A DNA stretch of 64,000 nt from the human T2T-CHM13v2.0 reference genome, Homo sapiens: NCBI RefSeq assembly GCF_009914755.1, contig NC_060935.1; one strand, 5' to 3'. Under the pieces are notes generated by a model, which searched no databases, was not told where the DNA came from, and saw nothing but the letters and a program-made list of their open reading frames with translations. The translations under genes were made by a program, and so were the position numbers. Positions 43,202 to 54,344 of this stretch are shown here, one piece after another (the first letter of the stretch is position 1; every line of letters starts with the position of its first letter).

Positions 43202-43322
43202 CTGGTTTCTTCCTTGAACCACTGGAATTCAGCCATGGGGACTGCAGAGGCTTCACAGCTCAGGATGCCCTTCTGACCGACTGAAACACCAGTGTTCTTG
43301 GCTTTTGAGATATAGGGAGGAT
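43202..43322 (-). CDS. OPCML: OPCML coding exon (121 nt), first half of Ig domain 3
   Basis: Acceptor tttcccacag|ATCCT, donor ACCAG|gtacct. Encodes (Y)[39 protein letters not shown](R), with the Ig Cys and Trp. Phase 1/2. Confidence 0.97.
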
Positions 43323-43764
43323 CTGTGGGAAACACACACACACACATGCACAGGCATGCACGCACGCACACACAGAGTGATTTCGTGAAAGAGATGAAGG
43401 GCACATCCAGCCATTTGCTATGTAAATGGATTTCTTGTGACAACCCTCTTTCCCAGTAAAATAATCATTTATTTCAGGAAAAATAAGCTGCTTGAAGATA
43501 CTGCATTGACCCCAACCTCTTTTTCAGGCCTCCAAACCCATTCTCAGTTAACAATTCTCTCCATTTGCTGAAAACTCTGGCAGTCACAGGAAGATTCCAG
43601 GGACAAATGGCACGGAGGCCATGGTGGGCAAAGCCATCTGATGAAGTATTTTCCTGTTGGCAGGAACCTGGGTCCTTTGGAAAATGGCACTGCCATTACC
43701 AGATTGTCCACCTACTCCCTGTGCCGTCTTTTCCCCAGAACCCCCTGGCTGCAGGTCCACTCAC

Positions 43765-43902
43765 AGTTTACAGTGATTTTTACTTTCCGCACATCGGGCG
43801 CAGCGACATCGTTCAACGCGCTGCATTCGTACTCCCCGGACTGGTCTCGCTTGATGTCAGAGATCTCCAGGTACTCATCCTCACTTACAAAGCCCTGGCC
43901 TT
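43765..43902 (-). CDS. OPCML: OPCML coding exon (138 nt), second half of Ig domain 2
   Basis: Acceptor ttcttcccag|AAGGC, donor AACT|gtgagt. Encodes (E)[45 protein letters not shown](Y), with the Ig D-x-G-x-Y-x-C type motif (DQSGEYEC). Phase 1/1. Confidence 0.97.
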
Positions 43903-45001
43903 CTGGGAAGAAAGAAGCAGACAGGAAACAATCAGGAAACTGTGTAACCAGGGACAGAACCATATTCACATCTAGAGATTGTAGGAGGAGGAAGAGAAAA
44001 AGCCATCAGAATGGAGTAGGACATCAAGTCAAAGACATAGGGCATCATGTTGCTCAAAAGATACGGCAAAGGAAGAAAGAAATTCTGTGCTTGAGTCTTG
44101 CATCAATGTATTTTCAGTCAAGTCACTTAACTTTCTTAGAGCATTTGGTAAGAACATGTCATTATTTTTCTTATATGATTATTGTGATAATTAACTCAGA
44201 GATGACATGATAAATACTTCAGTGCATTGCCAAACTGATATTTTAAAAAGAACTGTCATGATCAATAATATAATAAAACTATGGAATAACTTTAGGGTAT
44301 GTTACTGTGGAGCACATCTTAATTTTTCATTTGTAGAAATGTTTTTGTATGCAGAATACAAACTACTACTTGTAGAACGAATAAGTAAGCATTCTACCCT
44401 TTAATATAAATAGATGCAAAGTAGTTGGTTTTGTTTCCACCTGTGTTGGAGAAGATAGAGTGAGAATGAATGAACGAGGAAGGACCCCACGATGGCTTTG
44501 TAATAGATGCTCAATAAGCATTGGCCAACACAAATGTGATAGCCCCAAATGCTGGATCTGTGGTTGCCAGAATAGCCTAGTGGATTTAATACTCAATTTG
44601 GTGGAGCTCCCTGGAGGATTCATTCTCAGGTACTTGTGAAACTTGTCATTTATAATTCAAAATATTATGGGCTGCAAAATTTGTATTGCTTTTATGCCAC
44701 CATTACAGGTTCTTGCAACAATCTGGCCTCTCCGCCTTACCCCTTATCTTACTCCCTGTGGTTCAGTGCAAAGACAACAGACCCTCTGTCTTCCATCACA
44801 AATGTTCTGAGTTCTGTCAAAACACTGAGATCCCATCAAAACCAAGATAAAGCCCAAGGATAAGGCACAGCCATTTGCATTTCTTATAGGCCTGCAGTCC
44901 TGAGGGCCACAGTAGTTTTCAGGGCAACAAAAGTGTGAGCTTTCGCCACAACCTTGTGCAAGCATGTTCTAATCCAATGGGTTTGGGTCCACCATGGATG
45001 T

Positions 45002-45350
45002 GAAGCAGGAAGGTGTCTGTGGAGGGGGTGGGCCAGTGTGTAGGACATAGGATGTGGAGCAGGAACGTGTCTGTGGAGGTGGGATGGTGTGCAAGTGTAT
45101 AGGGTGGGCAGCAGGAAGGTGGAAGGTGGGGACAGTGTGTAGGGTGTAGGGTGTGCAGCAGGAATGTGTCTGTGGAGATGGGCTGGTGTCCAGGGTATAG
45201 GGTGTGCAGCAGGAAGGTGTCTGTGGAGGTGGGCCAGTGTGCAGGGTGTAGGGTGTGCAGCAGGAAGGTGGAGGAGGTGGGCTAGTGTGTAGTGTGTAAG
45301 GTGTGCAGCAGTAAGGGTCTGTGGAGGTGGGCTTGGGTATAGGGGGTAAG
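45002..45350. repeat. G-rich minisatellite, ~51-bp unit, ~7 diverged copies
   Basis: Unit ~gcagcaggaaggtgtctgtggaggtgggccagtgtgcagggtgtagggtgt, starting near 45002, 45056, 45108, 45155, 45206, 45257 and 45305. Confidence 0.92.
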
Positions 45351-46836
45351 GAGGCAGGTACTTAGGTGCCCTGACTCTGCTCCAAGTCTAAGCCTTGGGG
45401 GCTTCCACCACCCACCTACCCATTTCCCCAGACCATGTGCTTTCTGGCTCTTGTTGTCTTCCCTGCCTCCATGTCCTACCCCAGGTCATGCCCACCCAGG
45501 GAGTACCATCAGTCTCTGGATACTGGCTACCAATCATCTATTTATAGAAATGTCACTGCAAATCAGCACCGTTCTGTTAGTCCAATCTGTGCAATTCCAT
45601 GGAGGAAATAATGCATTGGCTAGTGGGAGCAATCCATTTGCCTGGCTACCCTCCTCAAACCTGGTCCTGGTGACAGGGTCCCAAAATGTACCCATAGATG
45701 TGAGGTTCAGAGTCATTGGGAAATCTGGGTGGACCCACATAAGAAGTGGCTGAAGGGTGCAGGGTGAAAGATCCCCAGACTGAAGAAATGGGGTCTGAAA
45801 TAGTGACCCACATGCTCCCAGCCTAGGATCTGAGCGTCTCTCCTGAATGATGCTGCTCACCCCCGATGGTTCCAGCCACCAGACGGGAACTTAGACAATT
45901 TCAAGAAAGAAACTCCAGAGCATGCGCCACCTGGGTCTGGGTTAAGCCGGCATTTGCTGGATGGTGCTACTGGATCAAAAGCCTCTACCACAGCAGACAT
46001 AATGATCCAGGCTAGTTCATACACTAACTCTTCAAGGTGCATTACGGTTATGCAAACACTTTCTTGCCCTACTCCCTTTATTTCTCTATAGGCTAACAGA
46101 ATATCATAGTGAAAGGGATTCTGAGATTACTTTTTAAATGAAATTTAACAAAGAAAAATTAGTTGATCAATCTAAGCCTTTTTAAGGATTAAACAACAAT
46201 GGAATCAAACACATCAAAATGACGTTCCAGACACCTCGCCATTTTTTTTTTTCCTGAAAGAAATAAATGTGGTAGAATGAGAAGCCTGGATTTCTACTAC
46301 GATGACTCCATTATTTTTTCAAAATGTACCACAGAGGATTTTGCCATGAGTAATTAAATTGCATTGCATTTAACCAAACACATGGGCTACCTGCTGAGGG
46401 ACTGGCTAGAGTCTCAGGCAGGGTCAACGTTCCCCTTTCCTTAGAGAGAAGAAAGACCCAGATAATGCTGCTTGGTGGACCTCAGCCAGATGCCTTAAAA
46501 GCTTCAGATAAAATGAGATCCATGAATGCCAGTAGACTTAGAAATGTTGACCTACACGTAGGGAGGGGATGGTTTCACAGAATGGGGAGGCCCGTGTGCA
46601 TTTACATGGGTAAGACAGGTCCTGCATCCTTCCAGTGGAATTACCAGATGACATGGCAACTTCTGGAATGTGGGATTTGTTTTCACTGTCTGTGATGCTG
46701 TTTTTATGGGACCAGTTATGCAACAGCAGAAATGGAAGGAAGGAAGGAAGAAAAAGTGCATTTCATGTAAAATGGGGATCGTTATAATACTACCTCATTA
46801 AGTGAGAAAATGAGTTTTGTCAAGTTTGTACAATGT

Positions 46837-47003
46837 GCTTCTCAGATTTTAATTTGCATATAAATTCTTTAGAGTTTTTTTTTTTTTTAAATATAGATTC
46901 TGATCCAGTAGGTCTGGAGTGGAGTCTGGGATTCCACGTTTCTGACACATGCCCAGGGGCTGCCTCCATGGCTGGGCCGGGGCCCCCACCCTGAGCAGTG
47001 AAG
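46837..47003. mobile_element. MER5A hAT DNA transposon
   Basis: gcttctcagattttaatttgcatataaat..agattctgatccagtaggtctggagtggagtctgggattc..tttctgaca..ccagggg. Confidence 0.8.
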
Positions 47004-47644
47004 CTGTGATGCACTGTGCCGCGCTGTTCGTGGGCTCTCTCCCACCCACACACGTGAAGTCTTCTAGGGTCAGTGTGTTAGGAAAATATACTAAGAGCCC
47101 CTCAGGCTGAGACCCTTGTGGAGCCTGCCCCTCCAAGGACTCACTGTTCTTGGAGTTTAGGGCTCAGTAGGCTGGCTACATTGAGGCTGAGAATCAGGAT
47201 GCATGGATTCTTCATGATCTTCCCACATAACATGCATCCTCACCAAAACATGTTTCTTCGTTGAAAAAGGGAAAATGTTGTTGAAACTTCTCTCCATCTC
47301 AGACTCAGTGAAGGTGACTTACCTGTTATTTTCTTAACTACTTTGAATGCTGGGTGAAATTTTTAAAGCAGAATGAATCTAGGTTGCTACTTGCCTGGAG
47401 ACCTAGGAAGCTGTAGGGCTGCCCTCTCCAGTTCTGGTTGCAATGTAAAGTTCTGATTCCATGCTGCAGATAATGGGGCAGAAGGCAATCAATGTTTTAA
47501 TCCTCTTTACTAGCTGCCAGGAAACCAAATTGCTGACTATGAGTTAAAGGAAGGAAAACGGGCAGGGAGAAACAGATGAGGGAGGAACAGGATAGGATAG
47601 GAAGGAGAGGGAGGAGGAAGGAAAGAAAGACAGAGGTGGGGTAA

Positions 47645-48027
<383 letters not shown>

Positions 48028-49146
48028 CACCAAGGACTTTTTTAAAAAGGCTGTAAGACTGCAATATTTTCCTTGTCAAACAGGAACTGCAAGTCTGCTC
48101 AACAGTTTTGCTTTATAGCAAAATGTCCTGTAGTAAGACAATAACCCAGAGGCATTATGAACCTGCTCTAAGCACTCCAGCATCCCAATATAACAAGGTT
48201 GGAAGCAACAGAAAGCAGATTCTGAATCACTGGAAGAAATATGTAAAAACTGAGGCTGTTTCCATGGAAAGAGTGCCTCAAAGAAGATGAGTTCAATTCA
48301 CTGCATTAGCAAAATTAAGATCTGCAAAAATACAAATGAGGCCATTCATCCGGGGATGTGGGGGTTGTTGCCTCAGATGCAGGATGCATCCTTGGGGATA
48401 GGATGAGCAGAAGCCTCAGGGTTCTGTGGATCTAAGGGGGCTTTTTCAGTAGGGACACACATTCCAACAGCACAGTCACAGAATACAAAGAGCATGAAAC
48501 ATCCACAAGCAGGGTCTGTTCTGCTAGAAATGGAGGAACAGACAGAAAAACAACTCAGGGGAGAAGGACCACTGGCTGGCCTGCTGGCTCTGACCTCACT
48601 GCACTTATTCTGCTCACATCCAGGATGAGCGAGGTGTTGTGTCAGACGCTGTGGTGAGGGAATGGGGGCAGAGACAATATGGAAAACAAGGATCTTCACC
48701 TTGCATAGTCTGCAATCTCATGGGGCCAGGACTCAAAGCAGTTTATATTTTTCTGTATCTTAGGCTCAATTTTTTAGTTCTTTGTCATTTCTAGATGCCT
48801 CAAGTAAGGTGTAGTGAGTCAAACAGATTTATTAGAGCTGAAAGAAACCTAACTATTTGGGGATGAAAAAGATCAAACAGGAAATCCAGAGCAAAATATG
48901 GGGGCTTCCTGACCGACTTCTCTTTTCTTTCTCCCTTTATGTCCTTTTGTGCCAGCGATATCTCAGCCATCATTCTTGCATCCAATTTTCCTGTTTATTG
49001 CCTCAGCCAATTCCTTAGAGTTATAAAGTTAAAAGAACCATGAGGGGTCAAAGATTTTAGCCTTCCACTTTTTTGGATTATACAAAGTCCTGACAAAATA
49101 TCTTATCTTCTCTCTGAATACCTCTGGGGACAATTTTAGGAGGTGA

Positions 49147-49488
49147 AGATAGGGTTTGGCAGTGTCCCCACCCAAATCTCACCTTGAATTGTAATTATCC
49201 CCACGTGTCAAGGGCAGGGCCAGGTGGAAATGATTGAATCATGGGCGCAGTTCCCCCATACTGTAGTCTTGGTAGTGAAGAAGTCTTATGAGATCTGATG
49301 GGTTTATAAATGGGAGTTCCCCTGCACAAGCTTCTTGCCTGCTGCCATGTAAGATGTCCCTTGCTCTTCCACTATGACTGTGAGGCTTCCCCAGCCATGT
49401 GGAACTGTGAGTCGATTAAACCTCTTTGCTTTATAAATTCCCCAGTCTCGGGTGTGTCTTTATTAGCAGCATAAGAACAGGCTAAACA
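49147..49488 (+). mobile_element. THE1 (THE1B/C-like) solo LTR, antisense to OPCML
   Basis: gggtttggcagtgtccccacccaaatctcaccttgaattgtaa..ccagccatgtggaactgtgagtcgattaaacctct..ctaaaca. 5-bp TSD ggtga at 49142-49146 and 49489-49493. Confidence 0.92.
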
Positions 49489-52400
49489 GGTGACCTGTCC
49501 CTTTGTTGGTCTATTCACAGTATGCAAAAACAAAACAAAACAAAAAAAACTTGGTGTTGAGGCAATCCCCATCTGGTTTCTCCATTTGGAATGATTAAAA
49601 GTCACCTCTAAGCATCTCAACCCTGACTGTCCTTCTAGGTTTGCTGTCTAGGGCATGGCTCTACCTGCAGAAGCTGCGCTGAGATAAAATGCCAGCAACT
49701 GCTGCAGCATGTACCAGACCAGCCAGGAGGTAACACAGAGAGCAACATTTCTGGGGGCTTGTGCCACCAAGGAAAAGAACAACAGGAGATGAGAGCAGTG
49801 AGGAGGATCTAGGGTTTCAGGAGGCAGCCACACAGGGAGGACAAGGTGTGGGGAAGGGGAAGTGGGAGGAGCAAGAAAGCAAGAGGGAAATGAGCTGCCA
49901 GAAGGAAGCCAGTGGGAGTGGGCAGAGGGTGGCCACCCAGGGGTCTTTTTGGCTCACATGGTTGGGTTTCTGGGAAAACAAGAAAAGGAGTTTCCCTGCT
50001 GCCCAGCAAGAGAGACTATTACAGACGATCCTGATCAACACTGAATTTGCAAAGTTGGAATCAAATGTCCAGGTGATTGACGACCAAGTGCATGCCTCTG
50101 GCCTGTAAGGCCACAACTAGGCTGCCTGAACCATCTTAGAAACAAGCCTTTTACCCACTCTCAAAAGCTAGGTCACAATTCAAGCTGTCAAGGAACACAG
50201 ATTTTACTTCTGTAAGGGAAGAACCATGTTTGTAAATATCTGCTGGACATCCTGTCATGGACATCTGGAGTAAGATAGACCACAGGAAGGAGATAAGGCT
50301 GTCTGAAACCACCTCCTCCCCACTGCTTCTTGTCCTTGATATGTGCAGGGAAAGGTACAGACTGTCAAAAGTTCCTGAGGAGACATGTGCCTGAATCCTA
50401 TCACTCATCTTTCTTTCCCTCCAGGATTTTGGCTAATAGAACATAATCACAAAACTGAGCTATGAGCAGATCAAAACATCCGCTGGGCTACAATCCCCAC
50501 TTGGGATCCAAGGCTGACATGAGGTTCTTGCCTTTCTCTCTGAGAATTAGAGACAGTGGGACTTGCACAGTAGAATGCTTGACTTTAGTACTCAGTCACA
50601 GGCTCAAAGTGGACCCGAGAGTATGAGCTGTGTCGCAATGCAGAGTCTGGGGTAAGGAGGACGCCAGACCCAGGTATCAGGCCAGGGAGGGGATGGAGAC
50701 ACAGGAGTAATGCCTTCACTTCTAGATGGCAGCCTTATGTCTTCTTAACTAGGCCCAATAAATGCCCAAGCAACCACTTCACCATGACGTTGGTCACCCG
50801 CCTCCCATGGGGGAGGCAAAGAGTGGACAGGGTGGAGGAAAGCTGCCCTCTAGAAACCTGTGAGGGTTATGAATAGGACTTCTCCTTTTATCCTAGAGAT
50901 CTCCTGGCATCCTTCTCCATCACATACCTCCTGATGTGAGAGCCCCCTTCTTTTGAAGGATACACATCAGAAACATGCATGAATTTGGAATTACGGTAGA
51001 GTTTTAGCATTTGGGACCCAGTATGGCTCATATAACCTGAGTCTTGTACTGTTTACCCTTCTTCCTAGTCCATTGTCCAAGTTGCAAGCACCCTGAGTAG
51101 ATGTCACATCTTCTACTTCCTTAACTCGTTACAGCAGCTAACGTAGGCTAAGCCCACAGTATGTGTTCACATTATGCCTGATGGCTAGGTTTGAAAACTT
51201 AATCCCTGCAGAACTCCCCCTCTCCCTCTCCTATTTAATCCACTCTCTTTCTGCCAGGCTCTGCCCCACATTTTCTGTCCCCAACTCCGTCCCCCGCCCC
51301 AACCTCCAATCCTTGACTCTCCTTAGAACCCTACTGGCAACAAGCAACTCTGAGCCCGCCCTCCTTAATTAAACCAAGGAATGTGGACAGCAGTACATTG
51401 CATCCTTGCCTGCTCCCAACTTCCAGATTTGTTACCTTTGCCGCATTGGAGTTAATGAAAAGTGTGATAAACCCACTGTTTCATTTTCCTTTAATTAACA
51501 CAAGCAATTGAATTGTGCTAAAGTCATTTTGGTTTGGAGGCCAAGCGCCTGGTCAATGTCTCACTTGCTGGCGGTGACAGAAGCTCTTTGTTTTGGGCTC
51601 AGAAACCTTTCTCAGGCTGTGGCCACCAGGACCTCCTCTGCGGGAGGAGTGGCTTGCCCCCATCCAGGGCGGCCATGCTGGCTGCCTTCCCTGAGGCTGA
51701 CAGTAAGTTGGCTAATCACAAGATCAATGTGTTACTGTGAAAGTTAACTGTGCTTCCAGTGGGGGAAGGAGTACATTAATAAAGATCTCCATAGCTGGGG
51801 GCTCAGAGGAATTCCCTGGCAGGGGTGAGTTTTCTAGATCCTCCCTTCCATGCATGTGTGAGAATGATGGAAGTGTTTAATGCCCCTCACTGTCAGACCG
51901 GGAGTAGCCGAGGATGACACAAAGACAAAAGGACTCAAGTGACTCCTCCAGTACAACTGTCCCCAAAGAGAAACTCTCATACACTGGGGCTCTTGAACTC
52001 TTTACCGGGAAAAGTTAAAGAGGAGAGGACCTAAAGGGTTTTGTCTTGTAGGTGGAGGCAGAAGAAGGGATGGCAAGGAAACTCTCTGAAATCAGGTTTA
52101 AGAGGATACACCTAAAATAGATGTTCTCATCCCTGGGGGGTCATGAGACTTACCCAAGGAGCACTTTAAAAATAGACTCTTGTGTTCATGCTTATGGATG
52201 GTGAACATGGTCTGGGGTGAGGGGTCCCAGCACCAGCATCCTCTAAAACTTCCCAGGGGACTCTAATGTACAGTCAGGGGTGAGAATTCAGGGTTGGTAA
52301 GTTGAGGACTCCTGTTGCTTTCATTTTCCAAGTTCCAGTTACACATGTATGCTCCCAGGCTTCCTCTGCTGAGAAGTCATTCAGAGCCAAGGAATGTATG

Positions 52401-53860
52401 AGGATGTGCACATCTTACAGTGTGCTCAGATCTCCTGTCAACTGTCAGCTTCTATGAAAAATATACCATCATGATGTCAACAGCAGCAGCTTTATTGTAG
52501 GTGGGTCAGGAAAAAGAAATCTTGTGGTGGGGTAGGGTGGTGATAGCCAGGTCAGTCTCCAGCAGCTAGAGATCCCCAGATAGTCAAACGAAGAGCATGA
52601 AGACAAGAGGCTTCTTTCCAAAGCACAGTGAAGAGGTGTGTTTAGCTTGGCTCTGCTTGTGTCTTTTTTTTTTTTTTTTTTTTTTTTTTTGAGATGGGTT
52701 CATTATGTGTGGGAAGAATCAAGACACAACATTTTTAGGATCTGGATGATACTGTTGACTCATTGGGAGTGGTTCTGAGTGAGTGTCACAGAAACAGCCA
52801 GGGTACCTGTGAGGATGTGGCACATTCCCTTTAAATGAAAGTGCAGTATGTGTGCCAGAAAAGGAAGAGAGGAGCTAGACAGAGAGGCAGAGGAGGGAGG
52901 GAGGGAGGGAGGAAGAGAGAGAGAGAATGAGGATGCAAAACACTAGAATTCCATACAGGCAGACAAATGACTGAGGATAGAAGCTTAAATCCATTTGATG
53001 AGCAGAGTAGCCTATTTGGGCCAAAAAAAGTCGCTAGCATTTTTATTCTAAAAAGTATAAAAAATAAACTGAAACTAACAGTTCAGACCCAAAGAATGCA
53101 GGGGTAGAAGGAGAAAAATCATTATTTTTACATAGTAGAGCTTAAACAGCTAAGTTATTGACAAAATGTTTAAGTACACTTGAAAAGTTTTTATTTATTT
53201 TACACATTTTCCCCTTATGATTATGATTATTTGGATTCTAAACCAACAGGGTTACTTTAGTATCAACAAGCTAAAGTGAAATGAGTTCTGAGAAGTAAAA
53301 GTACTGCTTTAAAAAAAAACCTTCATAATTAAACGACAGCATTTTTTTTAGAAACCTGATCAATGCATGGAAGGAGACACTGCCTCTTTCATTTACAATG
53401 TCTAAAGAAAGTTGCCTTAACCTTGTCTGCAGCAACCTACTCAAGCACAGCCAGTCACCCAGGCCCAGTTTCTTCAAGAAGGCTGTATTTTTGTAGTATA
53501 GGAGTGTCTTGTGCCCTGGCGTGGTCAGTGGACTGCCAATACTGTGTTACCTAAGGGCGCTTTGGCAAAGTGGCTTCTTGAGCCCAAAGCAGACCTACAG
53601 GGCTGGCATCTGCCAGCAGATGGGCAGTATACAAAACCTTCAATTAGTTACAACATCAAAGTAAGTCCTTTGCCCTTTGCTTGCCTTTGGGGGAATTAAA
53701 ACTTTCCTTCTAATGCCAACTGCGTCTGACTTGTTTTCCCTGAGGATTAATTTATTCGTATAGCAGTGTCAGGAATGCCTTTGTTGTTTTCCTGAGCTGG
53801 GTGGACCCATAGTTAGGTTTTCCTGGGATAGTGCCAGTTGACACCTGTCTTCCCAATGTA

Positions 53861-54344
<484 letters not shown>

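Noticed and set aside
43565-44210. Plus-strand ORFs of 136 and 189 aa overlapping the Ig2 exon
   Set aside because: They are antisense shadows of the OPCML exon and flanking intron, with no recognisable domain.
45002-45350. CRISPR-like repeat array
   Set aside because: Head-to-tail tandem units without unique spacers in human DNA; it is a minisatellite.
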